From the NCBI GenBank assembly GCA_963850905.1, contig CAWKMU010000003.1, positions 2,400,001 through 2,464,000 of the forward strand: a stretch of DNA of 64,000 nt, written 5' to 3'. Positions within the stretch are counted from its first letter, which is position 1. The number at the start of each line of letters is the position of its first letter. Shown piece after piece: positions 37,095-47,622 of the stretch. Under the pieces are notes generated by a model that was not told the origin of the DNA, searched no databases, and saw only the letters and a list, made by a program, of their open reading frames with translations. Both the position numbers and the translations under genes were made by a program. Origin of the DNA: an uncultured Gemmatimonadales bacterium (GTDB lineage: Bacteria; Gemmatimonadota; Gemmatimonadetes; Gemmatimonadales; Gemmatimonadaceae).

Positions 37095-37128
37095 TGTCTC
37101 GCGTCCCTATTCTCTTGGAGATCTCTTC

Positions 37129-37719
37129 ATGATCCGCTGGCGCTTCTCCGCTCCAATCTTGCTGACGGTCGCCGCCGCCGCGGCGGCCTGTTCGCATCCT
37201 GCGCCGCCGCCCGCGCCTGCGCCGCAGCAGACGGCGGCCGCGCCCACAATCGATAGCTCGCGCACTCGCGACTCGCTGGCCAACGCCAAGCGCATCGCCG
37301 ATAGCCTGGCGGCGGAGCGAGACCGCGAGGGGGCGGCCGTCGCGGCGGCGCGCAATACGCTGCTCGCAAAGATCTACTTCGACTTCGACAAGTCGGATCT
37401 CACCGACCAGGATCGGGCGACGCTGGATGCCAAGATCCCGATCCTGAACGCGAATCCGGGATTGCGCCTGCGGATCGAAGGCAACACTGACAAGCGCGGA
37501 GCGGACGAGTACAACCTTGCACTCGGCCAGCGGCGTGCGGCGGCCGCGAAGCGATACATGACCGAGCACGGGATCGACGCGGCGCGCCTGGACCTCATCA
37601 GCTACGGTGCGGAGCGACCGATCGCCGAAGGAGACACCGAAGAGGCATACGCCCAGAACCGTCGCGATGAGTTCGTGATCACCGCCGGCGGAGACAACCT
37701 CAAGACTGTGTCGCGCTGA
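37129..37719 (+). CDS. pal: Peptidoglycan-associated lipoprotein
   Basis: Lipobox AAAC; IYFDFDKS, IEGNTDKRGADEYNLALGQRRA, NRRDEF. Confidence 0.93.
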   Translation: MIRWRFSAPILLTVAAAAAACSHPAPPPAPAPQQTAAAPTIDSSRTRDSLANAKRIADSLAAERDREGAAVAAARNTLLAKIYFDFDKSDLTDQDRATLDAKIPILNANPGLRLRIEGNTDKRGADEYNLALGQRRAAAAKRYMTEHGIDAARLDLISYGAERPIAEGDTEEAYAQNRRDEFVITAGGDNLKTVSR

Positions 37720-37748
37720 TCGCCCACCGCCCATCCTGGGAGTCGCTC

Positions 37749-38582
37749 GTGTTTCGTCTCCTCTCTCCTCGCCCCGCTCACCTTTCTGCGCGGCCCTTGG
37801 TCGCGTTTGCGGCCGTGCTGATCACGGGCGGATGTTTCGCGACCCGCCAGGACGTGCAGATCCTCCAGAACGACCTGGCGTCGCTGCGCGCGCAGAACCA
37901 GCAGGCTGACTCGATTCGTCGAACGCAGCTCGATCACGTGATCGTGCAGCTGGCTGCGGTCAACGATTCGCTGACGCTCCTGAACGCGCGGAGCACCCGG
38001 TCGATGGGCGACGTCCGCCAAGACCTATATGGGATGAGCCAGCAGTTGATCCAGATCCAGCAGCTCACCGGCCAGAGTCAAAGCCGCCTGCAGGAGCTGA
38101 GGGGACAGCTGGAACGGCGCGCTCCGGCGGCCGGCCCACAGGTGACGCCGCCGACGGCCGGCGGGGCGGGGGGAAGTGATACAGCCCATGCCATCGCAGC
38201 TGCCGGACCCGGATGCAACGAGCTATTCGACCTGGCACTCAATCAACTACACCGGGGTAGTACGAACACCGCGCGAGCCGGCTTCCAGGATCTGCTCCAG
38301 AAGTGCCCCAATGCAGACATTGCTCCTGATGCACAATTCTACCTCTCGCAAGCGGAAGAACAGGCAGGGGAGATGGCAGTCGCCGACTCCGGCTATCAGC
38401 TCGTTGTGGCCCGCTATCCGGCATCGCCCCGAGCGGCCACGGCGCTGTACAAGCACGCCTCCATTCTCGAGGCGAGTGGCAAGACCGACGCGGCCAAGAG
38501 CGCGTTTCAGGACGTCGTCAGCAAATTCCCGCAGTCGGATGAAGCCGTACTGGCGAAAGACCAGCTGCGGCAGCTCAAATAG
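37749..38582 (+). CDS. cpoB: Tol-Pal coordinator CpoB/YbgF
   Basis: Coiled coil plus C-terminal TPRs; follows pal. Confidence 0.8.
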   Translation: MFRLLSPRPAHLSARPLVAFAAVLITGGCFATRQDVQILQNDLASLRAQNQQADSIRRTQLDHVIVQLAAVNDSLTLLNARSTRSMGDVRQDLYGMSQQLIQIQQLTGQSQSRLQELRGQLERRAPAAGPQVTPPTAGGAGGSDTAHAIAAAGPGCNELFDLALNQLHRGSTNTARAGFQDLLQKCPNADIAPDAQFYLSQAEEQAGEMAVADSGYQLVVARYPASPRAATALYKHASILEASGKTDAAKSAFQDVVSKFPQSDEAVLAKDQLRQLK

Positions 38583-38694
38583 GGGCTGGGCGCCGCCGCC
38601 CGGGCGCGCCGAGCGCTGGCCGGGTGGCGGGCGAGCGGGGCGCGCGCATGCGGCAGCGAGTGGCCCGACCGTGCCCGCCGCCAGCGACTGAGAC

Positions 38695-39486
38695 ATGAAA
38701 AGGCTTGCGTCACCCGCGACCGAGATGCCGTTCCTCGATCACCTCGAGGAGCTGCGCTGGCGACTCATCAAGTCGCTGGCCGCAGTGGCCATTACGGTCG
38801 CGCTGGCATTCGCGGGGCTCACGCAGATCGATCTCATCGGGATCCTGGCGAGGCCCATCCTGCCGCTGCTCAACGGGCACAAGCTGATCTTCACGCACCC
38901 AACGGACTCGTTCTCGATCTACCTGACGATGTCCATCACGCTCGGCGTCGTGGCGGCGCTCCCGATCATCGTATACCAGTTGTGGGCTTTCCTGTCGCCG
39001 GCGCTGTACCAGCACGAGAAGCGAGTCGTCGTTCCCGTATCAGTGGGTGCCGTGGTGTTGTTCCTCTGTGGCGTCAGCCTGTCGTACTTCGCGGTGATGC
39101 CCCTGGCACTGCGATGGCTGCTCGCGTTCCAAACGGCATCAATGGAGCCGCTCATCAGCGGCTTGGAATACTTCGACTTCCTCTTCACGATGTCGCTGGC
39201 CTTCGGGCTGTGCTTCGAGTTGCCGATCGTGATCCTGGCGTTGACCATGCTGGGGATCGTCACGCCGCAGTTCCTGCGCAAGTACCGTCGGCACTCGGCG
39301 GTCGTGTGTGTGCTGATCGGCGCATTTCTGACGCCGGGTGATCTCATCTGGACGACGCTCGCGATGGCCATCCCGCTCTACCTCTTGTACGAGCTGAGCA
39401 TCCTCCTCTCGACAGTCATGTATCGCCGACGGCAGCGGGATGCGGCGGCCGCGGTGTCGGACGAGGGGTACCGGGCGCCGGCGTGA
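38695..39486 (+). CDS. tatC: Twin-arginine translocase subunit TatC
   Basis: EMPFLDHLEELRWRL, YQLWAFLSPALY..EK, FELP, LYELSI. Confidence 0.95.
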   Translation: MKRLASPATEMPFLDHLEELRWRLIKSLAAVAITVALAFAGLTQIDLIGILARPILPLLNGHKLIFTHPTDSFSIYLTMSITLGVVAALPIIVYQLWAFLSPALYQHEKRVVVPVSVGAVVLFLCGVSLSYFAVMPLALRWLLAFQTASMEPLISGLEYFDFLFTMSLAFGLCFELPIVILALTMLGIVTPQFLRKYRRHSAVVCVLIGAFLTPGDLIWTTLAMAIPLYLLYELSILLSTVMYRRRQRDAAAAVSDEGYRAPA

Positions 39487-42400
39487 TACAAGGCCCGCTG
39501 GGCGGCGCAGGACTACCTGAGGCACGCCGGGCCGCCGATCGTATGTCAGGGGACTGCCACGGACGCGGGTCGCGACGCGGCTGGCCGCGTGTCCTCCCCG
39601 TGCTGCAGCGCCTGACCTGGGGCGTGTGGCTCGTTGCCCTCGCGGCGATCGTCGGTCATCCCCGCGACGCACGCGCCCAGGGTGGCGTTGTTCAATCGCA
39701 GGTCCCCGGCCGACAGCAGCTCACCCCTCTCGAACGCATCGAGCTCGATTCGATTCAGAAGGCCAAAGCGCGCGCCGATTCCGCTTCCCGCGACTCCTCG
39801 CAAAAAAAGCTCGTCAATTGGGTCACGCCCGATTCCATGACCGATGCGCTCATGCAGCGGGAGGGCTATGGTCAGACGCGCTACCAGGGTGCCGCCGCGA
39901 CATACAACGCGGACGACCACGCATTGAAGTTGACTGGTGTGCCAACCGGCGATCGCGCTGCGGTGAATCAGCAGAGCACGATCGTCGTCGGTGATACGAT
40001 CGTCTTCCACGACTCGACGCGCATTGTCACGGCGACCGGTGATACGATCACGGTGCGAGACCCTTCGCACAACCAGGACGACATCGTCTCCATCCACGCG
40101 CTGGAATACGATGTCAACAACCACACGGCGCTGACATCACGCGTCCACACCGTCTTTCCCAGTGGCGGCAATCGATGGATCATCGGCGCCGAAGCGGGCG
40201 CATTTCAGCAGGACACGACCACGCAGCGCGACACGATGCCTCCGGCCAACACCTTCTATGGGTTGGATGGTGCGATCACGACATGCGATGACAGCTTGCC
40301 GCACTACCACTTCTCGGTCAATGAGCTGAAGTTCGTCACGCGACACGTGCTCGTCGGTCGGCCGGCCATCCTGTACATCGCCGACGTACCAGTGCTGTGG
40401 CTGCCATTCGTCGTCGAAGACTTGCGCACCGGGCGACGCAGCGGGGTGTTGACACCGCAGTTCGGACTGAGTGAGCTCATTCGGAACAGCCCTTCGTATC
40501 GCCGCCACGTCGAGAACGTCGGCTACTACTTCGACATCAACGACTACATGGATCTGGCGGCGTGGCTCGACTGGCGCAGCAGCGCGCGCGCCTCGGTCGA
40601 CGACCCCGGCTGGACCCGATACAGCGGCGTGTTTCGCTATCACTGGCTCGACCGGTTCGTGACGGGCAGTATGGGCATTTCATACCAGACCCTCAGCAAC
40701 AACACCACCAATACGGCCATCTCGTGGCAGCATCAGCAGGACTTCTCGCTGACGTCCCACCTGAACATGAACGTGAATTACGAGACGAGCACGGCGATCC
40801 AGCAGACCACGTACTTCAATCCGTATCAGGTACTGGCCGTCATCTCCTCGCAGATCAATTACCAGCAGGCGATCGGCCCGGCCAACCTCAGCATCGGCGG
40901 CACGCAGAAACAGTACCCCGGCCGATCGGAGATCGACCGGACATTTCCGACGATCAGCCTGTCGTCCAAGCCGGTCACTATCGGCCAGGCGTTCACCTGG
41001 TCGCCGAGCTTCTCGGCGACGAACACCCAGAGCCTCAACATCGACCAGTTCGGAAACTTCGCCTACCTCTACACGTTGTCCCCGGCGGACAGCGTCGACA
41101 GCACGGCGCGGTCGCGGAGCGAGCGCGCGACGGCCGCGAATTTCGACACGCCGATCAAGATCTTCAACTTCACCTGGCGCAACTCGTTTCGCCTCTCGGA
41201 TCAGTACAACAACTTCCCCGAGCAGGACATCGTGTACAACCCGGCGGTCATCGACGGCCGCGACACCGCCATAGCGAGCACCCGGCTCTTCGCCCAGACG
41301 TACAACACCAGCATCGATTGGACGACCGGCATCGATTTGCCGAGCCTGTTCCAGGGCACGTGGAACATGGTGCCGAGCCTCGGGATCGAAAACGCCGATG
41401 CCGGCGCCGCGTTCATGATCCGAACGCAGTTCACCGGCTCCGAGTTCGTCACACAACCGAAACGGCCGCTAGTGGGTCTCTCGGTGTCACCGACCTTCTA
41501 CGGTCTCTTCGGAGGGTTTGGCGACGTCGCGCGCTTTCGGCACTCGTTGACGCCGGTGCTCACGTTCAACTATGCCCCCGCAGCCAACATCAGCAATCAG
41601 TTCTACGCCGCGGCAGGCCAATCGCCGATCGGGTCGCTGGCCGGGCTCCCACAGAAATCCGTGTCGCTGTCGCTCTCGCAGAACCTCGAGGCGAAACTGA
41701 AGGTGAAGCCGGATGAGGACCCCGACAAGGCCAAGAAGGTCAAGGTGCTGACGCTCACCTTTGACCCGCTGACGTACGACTTCGAGCGGTCGGCGGCGAC
41801 ACACTCGGTGGTCGGCGGGTTCACCAACGGCTCATGGGGCTACAGCTTCCGGTCGGACCTGATTCCCAGCTTCCAGTTCCGGCAGACCTACTCGCTGTTC
41901 CAGGGCGATCCGTTGAGTGATACCGCCGTCTTCAAGCCCTTCTGGAACCAGATCAGCGCGTCGTGGACCGTCAACCACAATTCGGGAATTGTGTCGTTCT
42001 TCGCGAAAGCGTTGGGGCTCACGCCGCCAAAGCAGACGCAGCAGGCCGATACGGGACTCGCCGCCCGCGACCCCTTCCTGGCTCAACAGATCGCGGCCGG
42101 CAATTTGATCACGGGTGCCACCGGCGTGACGCCGTACAATTCGGTGCCGGGCGCCGGGCAGGGGTGGCAAGCGACGTTCACATTCAACGCGTACCGACAG
42201 CGGCCACCGGTCGGCAATCTGTCCAACGTCATCCAGTACAACCCGGCTGTCGTGTGCGCGCCGTACGCCAACGTCAACCCGGTGTACTACGACCAGTGTG
42301 TGGCGTCGAAGCGCAATTCCGTGCCGGACACGAACTTCAACGCCACCACTGCCGCGGCGCCCTTCATCCTCGTGCCGCCGACAACGACGCTGCAGGGGTC

Positions 42401-42665
42401 GATGAGCTTCAACATCACACCCAAGTGGGCCGCGCAGTGGCAGACGACCTACGATTTCCAGCAACACAACTTTGCGAGCCAAATCGTGTCGCTGCAGCGC
42501 GAGTTGCATGACTGGCGCGTCATCTTTTCCTTCACGCAGTCGCCGACGGGCAGCTTCGCCTTCAGCTTCTTCGTCGCACTCAAGGCGGAACCGGCGCTGA
42601 AGTTCAATTACGACAAGCAAACGTACCGCTCGCCGGGGAACGAAGTGACGGGCCAAACGTACTAG
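39483..42665 (+). CDS. lptD: LPS assembly protein LptD-like (start uncertain)
   Basis: ITTCD..PHYHF, LYIADVPVLWLPF, RRSGVLTP, long beta-barrel ending LQRELHDW..F.F. Confidence 0.78.
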   Translation: MIQGPLGGAGLPEARRAADRMSGDCHGRGSRRGWPRVLPVLQRLTWGVWLVALAAIVGHPRDARAQGGVVQSQVPGRQQLTPLERIELDSIQKAKARADSASRDSSQKKLVNWVTPDSMTDALMQREGYGQTRYQGAAATYNADDHALKLTGVPTGDRAAVNQQSTIVVGDTIVFHDSTRIVTATGDTITVRDPSHNQDDIVSIHALEYDVNNHTALTSRVHTVFPSGGNRWIIGAEAGAFQQDTTTQRDTMPPANTFYGLDGAITTCDDSLPHYHFSVNELKFVTRHVLVGRPAILYIADVPVLWLPFVVEDLRTGRRSGVLTPQFGLSELIRNSPSYRRHVENVGYYFDINDYMDLAAWLDWRSSARASVDDPGWTRYSGVFRYHWLDRFVTGSMGISYQTLSNNTTNTAISWQHQQDFSLTSHLNMNVNYETSTAIQQTTYFNPYQVLAVISSQINYQQAIGPANLSIGGTQKQYPGRSEIDRTFPTISLSSKPVTIGQAFTWSPSFSATNTQSLNIDQFGNFAYLYTLSPADSVDSTARSRSERATAANFDTPIKIFNFTWRNSFRLSDQYNNFPEQDIVYNPAVIDGRDTAIASTRLFAQTYNTSIDWTTGIDLPSLFQGTWNMVPSLGIENADAGAAFMIRTQFTGSEFVTQPKRPLVGLSVSPTFYGLFGGFGDVARFRHSLTPVLTFNYAPAANISNQFYAAAGQSPIGSLAGLPQKSVSLSLSQNLEAKLKVKPDEDPDKAKKVKVLTLTFDPLTYDFERSAATHSVVGGFTNGSWGYSFRSDLIPSFQFRQTYSLFQGDPLSDTAVFKPFWNQISASWTVNHNSGIVSFFAKALGLTPPKQTQQADTGLAARDPFLAQQIAAGNLITGATGVTPYNSVPGAGQGWQATFTFNAYRQRPPVGNLSNVIQYNPAVVCAPYANVNPVYYDQCVASKRNSVPDTNFNATTAAAPFILVPPTTTLQGSMSFNITPKWAAQWQTTYDFQQHNFASQIVSLQRELHDWRVIFSFTQSPTGSFAFSFFVALKAEPALKFNYDKQTYRSPGNEVTGQTY

Positions 42666-42666
42666 G

Positions 42667-42772
42667 GCTAGACGCTGGACGCTGGAACAAACGTCAAGGC
42701 CAGCGATTAGTGCTGGAAACAGCCCTCGGGGCTTTTTCCCCAGCGTCCAGCGCCTAGCGTCCAGCGTCTAGC
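42667..42772. repeat. Palindromic intergenic element, GACGCTG-arm type
   Basis: gctagacgctggacgctggaacaaac..aaggccagc...ccagcgtccagcgcctagcgtccagcgtctagc. Confidence 0.85.
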
Positions 42773-42976
42773 TTCTTGCGTTTAGCTTTCCGTCACAAAC
42801 CCAGGGGCTGGCACGCTCATTATCCGGTGCCGGTCAACCGGGTGTCCGCGATCGAGGACGACGGGCCGCGAGGGAGATCGAAAGCTACGACGGATCAGGC
42901 ACTTAGCGCCCTCAAACGGTTGGTCCGGACGGTGCGTATTAGGTGCTGTAGTCTTCCTATCTACTAGGGGCGATTT

Positions 42977-43756
42977 ATGCGGAAGGGATTGTCGGTTTGC
43001 ATCGGCGTCGCTGCGGCCGCAACGCTGGGTGCGTGCTCGCAATCGACGACAAATCCGGTGTCGAATGTGGATCTGGGGAATCCGGATAGCCTACAGTACG
43101 TGCTCCTGCCAGGGGCGCCGCTGCAGCCTGAAGGCGTGATGCTGACATGGGTCGCCGCGACAGACCCCAACGTCGAGTCCTACTTCGTGTACGGGCGCGC
43201 GGACAGCGCCGCATCGTGGGCCATCGTCGCGCAAACCGCCGAGACCGAATACTTCGACGTCCAGCCCGCGCTGCAATACTACGTGGCGTCGGTGGACGGC
43301 TCGGGTGACATCAGCAGCGGCACGGCGACGATCACCATCGATACAACCCCGCCGATGCCAGCTCCCGGCGGCCTGAGCGGCGTTGGGCTCGATTCGGGCA
43401 CCGCGCTCACGTGGAACGACTCGGTCCGCGTCGATCACTCGACGATTTTCAATTACTACCGGGTCTATTCCGAGACTGCGAGCGGTAGCAGCTGTCCTAC
43501 AGCCGGCGCAGGCTTCGGCCTCGAGGGCACGACGGTGTCCGAAAACTTTGTCGTGACTGGCATCGCGAACGACACGCCGGTGTGCTACGGGGTGACGACA
43601 GTCTCGCAGCTCGGCCAGGAAAGTGCCCTCAGCCCCTGGGTCGTGGTGACGCCGTCCTCGACCGGCGGCAGTTTCGACATCGTCGCGCATCCGAATGCGA
43701 CGGTCGTTGTGCACCATGCTAGAGCGGGGCGGTCGGGAAAGGTGCGAAGGTCCTAA
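42977..43756 (+). CDS. Hypothetical lipoprotein with fibronectin-III-like beta domains
   Basis: Lipobox LGAC; two modules of L.W......Y.VY pattern (MLTWVA..SYFVY; ALTWND..YYRVY). Confidence 0.7.
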   Translation: MRKGLSVCIGVAAAATLGACSQSTTNPVSNVDLGNPDSLQYVLLPGAPLQPEGVMLTWVAATDPNVESYFVYGRADSAASWAIVAQTAETEYFDVQPALQYYVASVDGSGDISSGTATITIDTTPPMPAPGGLSGVGLDSGTALTWNDSVRVDHSTIFNYYRVYSETASGSSCPTAGAGFGLEGTTVSENFVVTGIANDTPVCYGVTTVSQLGQESALSPWVVVTPSSTGGSFDIVAHPNATVVVHHARAGRSGKVRRS

Positions 43757-43997
43757 CGGCGGGATCAGGGGTCAGGGACAGGAGACAAATCGAGAAGGCC
43801 AGTCACGGTGAATTGTGGCTGGCCTTTCTCATGGCCGGATCTCGAAAGGCATGAATGCCGCCCCTACATGTCGGCGTCGAGCGCAGCTCACAAGGCATGT
43901 CGACGAATCGGGTCGGACACTGTCCACGGCGACATGTAGGGGCGGGCTTCAGCCCGCCCTGCTGTTGTTGGTCGTCGTGGTATCTTCCTGACCCCGC
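43757..43997 (+). repeat. Composite element: GGGGTCA arm + core hairpin + inverted REP pair + inverse arm
   Basis: gggatcaggggtcaggg..caaatcgagaaggccagtcacggtgaattgtggctggcc; cccctacatgtcg (43861) ... cgacatgtaggggcgggcttcagcccgccc (43930); cctgaccccgcc. Confidence 0.8.
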
Positions 43998-44005
43998 CTT
44001 TCTTG

Positions 44006-44011
44006 TATCTT
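44006..44011 (+). promoter_or_regulatory. Putative -10 hexamer of a leaderless hutH transcript
   Basis: TATCTT-cccccc-ATG with no Shine-Dalgarno. Confidence 0.5.
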
Positions 44012-44017
44012 CCCCCC

Positions 44018-45604
44018 ATGGCCCACTCGATTGTGCTCGACGGAGCCTCACTGTCCATCGAGGATGTGTGGGCGGTCGCCTCTGGGGCGCCCGTGTCGCT
44101 CGCAACACCCGCTCGTGTCCAGATGCAGCAGACGCGCGACGTGGTCGACGCCATCGTCGCCCGAGGGGACGTGGTCTACGGGGTGACCACGGGGTTCGGG
44201 AAGCTCTCCGATGTCGCGATCCCGCTCGACCACCTCGCCGACCTCCAGGTCAACCTGGTGCGCAGCCACTCCGCCGGCGTTGGCCCCCCACTCCCCGAGC
44301 GCGCTGTGCGCGCGATGATGCTGCTCCGCGCCAACGTCCTGGCCAAGGGGTTTTCCGGGTGCCGGCCAGTCTTGGTGGATCTGCTGGTTGGCATGTTGAA
44401 CGCGCACCTGTACCCGTCCATACCCGAACAAGGCAGTGTCGGAGCAAGTGGCGATCTGGCACCACTCGCCCACCTGGCGCTGGCGCTGATCGGGGAGGGC
44501 GACCTGCATCGCGGGCCCCAAACTGGCTCTGCAGCCGCTATGCTGCGAGACGCAGGGCTCACGCCGGTGACGCTCGCTCCCAAGGAGGGGCTTGCCCTCG
44601 TCAACGGCACACAGGCCCACACGGCAACCGCCGCGCTCGCGCTGGTCGAGGCCGGCCGCCTGTGGTGCGTGGCACACGTCGCGGGGGCCATGTCGCTCGA
44701 GGCCTTGCTCGGGACACCCGTTGCCTTCGATCCCCGCATCCAGGAAGTGCGCGGCCAGATCGGACAGCGCGAATCGGCGGCACTCCTACTGGAGCTCCTC
44801 GCCGACAGCGAGATCCGCGAGTCGCACCGGCTGGGTGATCCACGCATCCAGGACGCATATGCGCTCCGGTGCATGCCACAGGTGCATGGCCCGGTCCGCG
44901 ATGCACTCCGCTTTGCCGCCGAAGTGGTGGGACGCGAGTTGAACGCGGCCACGGACAACCCGCTCGTCTTCGACGACGGTACGCTCCTGAGCGGCGGCAA
45001 TTTCCACGGACAGGCGGTGGCCCTAGCACTGGACGTGCTCGCCATTGCGCTGACGAACCTGGCCACCATCAGCGAGCGACGTGTCGACCGTCTCGTGAAC
45101 CCCGACCTCAACCAGGGCCTCCCGGCGTTCCTGGCGCACGAACCCGGTCTGCACTCCGGGTTCATGATGGCGCAGGTGACGGCAGCGGCGCTGGCCTCTG
45201 AGTGCAAGGTGCTCGCGCATCCTGCGAGTGTCGACTCGATCCCCACCGATGGCGGAAAGGAAGACGTCGTCCCGATGGCAATGGCGGCGGCCTGGAAGCT
45301 CCGACGCATCGTGCACAACGTCCGCAATGTCCTGGCGATCGAGTTGATGTGTGCCGCGCAGGGCCTCGATTATCGCGCGCCTCTGAAGGCTGGCCGTGGC
45401 GCGGCGAAGGGTCATGCGCTCGTCCGCACGCTCGTCGAGCCGCTGACCGAGGATCGCGCGCTGAGTCCGGACATCGCCCGTCTTTCGGCGGCCGTCGAGG
45501 CGGGAGCGTTCGACCCGATCGCGAGTATCCACGTCGCTGACGCTCCCGGCAGCGACGTCCGGCGTCCAACGTCTAACGTGCAGCGTCTAACGACCAGCGT
45601 CTAA
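44018..45604 (+). CDS. hutH: Histidine ammonia-lyase
   Basis: [14 protein letters not shown] (His-type), MIO-forming [29 protein letters not shown]. Confidence 0.96.
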   Translation: MAHSIVLDGASLSIEDVWAVASGAPVSLATPARVQMQQTRDVVDAIVARGDVVYGVTTGFGKLSDVAIPLDHLADLQVNLVRSHSAGVGPPLPERAVRAMMLLRANVLAKGFSGCRPVLVDLLVGMLNAHLYPSIPEQGSVGASGDLAPLAHLALALIGEGDLHRGPQTGSAAAMLRDAGLTPVTLAPKEGLALVNGTQAHTATAALALVEAGRLWCVAHVAGAMSLEALLGTPVAFDPRIQEVRGQIGQRESAALLLELLADSEIRESHRLGDPRIQDAYALRCMPQVHGPVRDALRFAAEVVGRELNAATDNPLVFDDGTLLSGGNFHGQAVALALDVLAIALTNLATISERRVDRLVNPDLNQGLPAFLAHEPGLHSGFMMAQVTAAALASECKVLAHPASVDSIPTDGGKEDVVPMAMAAAWKLRRIVHNVRNVLAIELMCAAQGLDYRAPLKAGRGAAKGHALVRTLVEPLTEDRALSPDIARLSAAVEAGAFDPIASIHVADAPGSDVRRPTSNVQRLTTSV

Positions 45605-45616
45605 CGTCCAGCGTCC
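45554..45616 (+). repeat. Nine-unit 7-bp array (RRCGTCY) overlapping the hutH 3' end
   Basis: gacgtcc ggcgtcc aacgtct aacgtgc agcgtct aacgacc agcgtct aacgtcc agcgtcc. Confidence 0.8.
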
Positions 45617-45623
45617 AATCCCC

Positions 45624-47336
45624 ATGTCTCCATCGTCCGACGTCCTCGACGCCTCCTCCCCGCAATCCGGCGTACGCGGCCGCGCACGTCGGGTCTCGGC
45701 CCCCCGCGGGTCACAGATCAGGTGCCGCGGCTGGCCGCAGGAAGCCGCGTTGCGGATGCTCATGAACAACCTCGATCCCGACGTCGCTGAGCGCCCGGAT
45801 GACCTCGTCGTCTACGGTGGAACCGGACGAGCCGCACGCAGCTGGGAGGCATTCGACGCCATTGTGTCCACCCTCGAGCGGCTCGGCGACGACGAAACGT
45901 TGATTGTGCAGAGCGGCAAGCCTGTCGCTGTCTTTCGCACACACCGAAACGCGCCGCGCGTGCTCATCGCGAACAGCAACCTCGTGCCCCGATGGGCGAC
46001 GTGGGATGAATTCCGTCGCCTCGAGCACATGGGCCTGACGATGTTTGGTCAGATGACGGCCGGCTCGTGGATCTACATCGGTTCTCAGGGAATCCTGCAG
46101 GGCACGTACGAGACGTTTGCCGCGGTCGCTGCGCGGCATTTCGGCGGGTCGCTCGCTGGCCGGCTCGTCGTCACCGCCGGACTCGGCGGGATGGGTGGCG
46201 CGCAGCCGCTGGCGGCGACGATGAATGGCGCCGTCTTGCTGGGGATCGAGGTCGATCCGGCCCGCATCGAGAAACGAGTCGCCACAGGCTACTGCGATCG
46301 GATCACCCGCGACATCGACGAAGCGATGACCTGGATCCGCGACGCGCAGCGTACGGGTTCGGCCGTGTCCGTCGGTCTCGTGGGGAATGCAGGTGAGGTG
46401 CTGCCTGGGCTCGTCCGTGCCGGGATCACACCGGATGTGCTGACGGATCAGACGAGCGCACACGACATGCTCAACGGGTACGTTCCCGCGGGACTGACAC
46501 TCGAGGAGTCGGCTGCGCTCCGGCGCGACGACCCGGCGGCATACGTCGCGCGATCGACCGCCACGGCAGTGGCGCATGTGCGGGCGATGTTGGATCTCCG
46601 TCGTCGTGGCGCAATCACTTTCGACTATGGGAACAACATCAGGACCGTCGCGTTCGATGCTGGTGTGACCGACGCGTTCGATATTCCAGGTTTCGTCCCC
46701 GAATACATCCGGCCCCTGTTCTGCGAAGGCAAAGGTCCGTTCCGATGGGTGGCGCTGTCCGGAGACCCGCGTGACATTTATCGCACCGACGATCTCGCAC
46801 GCGAGCTCTTCCCGAACGACACCAAGCTGATGCGCTGGCTGACGCTGGCGCGCGACCGCGTGCACTTCCAGGGATTGCCGGCGCGGATCTGCTGGCTCGG
46901 TCAGGGCGAGCGCGCGCGCTTTGGCGTCGCAATGAACGACCTCGTCGCGCGGGGCGAACTATCGGCGCCCATCGTCATCGGACGGGATCATCTCGATACC
47001 GGGAGCGTTGCCTCACCTTTCCGCGAGACGGAAAATATGCGCGACGGGAGCGACGCCATCGCCGACTGGGCGATTCTCAATGCGATGCTCAATGTCGCGA
47101 GTGGCGCGTCATGGGTTTCGTTCCATCACGGCGGCGGCGTCGGCATCGGGAACTCGCTGCACGCAGGCCAGGTCATCGTCGCCGACGGCACGCCCGAAAT
47201 GCGCGAGCGATTGGCCCGCGTGCTGACGAACGATCCCGGTATCGGCGTCGCCCGCCATGCAGACGCCGGCTATGAGCTCGCGATCGAGACCGCACGAGAG
47301 CAAGGAATTGATTTGCCGATGATAAGGCCGCGGTGA
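45624..47336 (+). CDS. hutU: Urocanate hydratase
   Basis: [49 protein letters not shown]. Confidence 0.97.
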   Translation: MSPSSDVLDASSPQSGVRGRARRVSAPRGSQIRCRGWPQEAALRMLMNNLDPDVAERPDDLVVYGGTGRAARSWEAFDAIVSTLERLGDDETLIVQSGKPVAVFRTHRNAPRVLIANSNLVPRWATWDEFRRLEHMGLTMFGQMTAGSWIYIGSQGILQGTYETFAAVAARHFGGSLAGRLVVTAGLGGMGGAQPLAATMNGAVLLGIEVDPARIEKRVATGYCDRITRDIDEAMTWIRDAQRTGSAVSVGLVGNAGEVLPGLVRAGITPDVLTDQTSAHDMLNGYVPAGLTLEESAALRRDDPAAYVARSTATAVAHVRAMLDLRRRGAITFDYGNNIRTVAFDAGVTDAFDIPGFVPEYIRPLFCEGKGPFRWVALSGDPRDIYRTDDLARELFPNDTKLMRWLTLARDRVHFQGLPARICWLGQGERARFGVAMNDLVARGELSAPIVIGRDHLDTGSVASPFRETENMRDGSDAIADWAILNAMLNVASGASWVSFHHGGGVGIGNSLHAGQVIVADGTPEMRERLARVLTNDPGIGVARHADAGYELAIETAREQGIDLPMIRPR

Positions 47337-47423
47337 CGCGACTATGCACGATGCAATGCCGTCTCAATTGGTGGTACACGTGATGAATGCACGGGTTATC
47401 CAACGGCGGTCGTTGTCGTCCGC

Positions 47424-47611
47424 GGGCGGCCTGAAGGCCGCCCCTACATGTTGCTGCGGACAGTACACGCACGGGATTGGTCGACGCGTAATCACGAACC
47501 TCGCCAGAGCACTCCGCGGTCCGAGCAGCCACACCGACATGTAGGGGCGGGCTTCAGCCCGCCCTGTTGTTGGCCGTTGTCGTTCTCGTTTCCCTGATCC
47601 CTGACCCCGCC
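47424..47611 (+). repeat. Inverted GTAG-REP doublet followed by an inverse heptamer arm
   Basis: gggcggcctgaaggccgcccctacatgttg ... ccgacatgtaggggcgggcttcagcccgccc ... ccctgatccctgaccccgcc. Confidence 0.85.
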
Positions 47612-47622
47612 ATTCCGGCCCT

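Noticed and set aside
42808..42824. Sigma-54 promoter (ctggcacgctcattatc) upstream of the lipoprotein
   Set aside because: The -24 TGGCACG matches but the -12 element is TTAT rather than TTGC
47344..47544. Small ORF between hutU and the radical SAM gene as a RiPP precursor
   Set aside because: It runs through the REP palindromes, has no clear SD, and similar pseudo-ORFs arise at the other REP doublets
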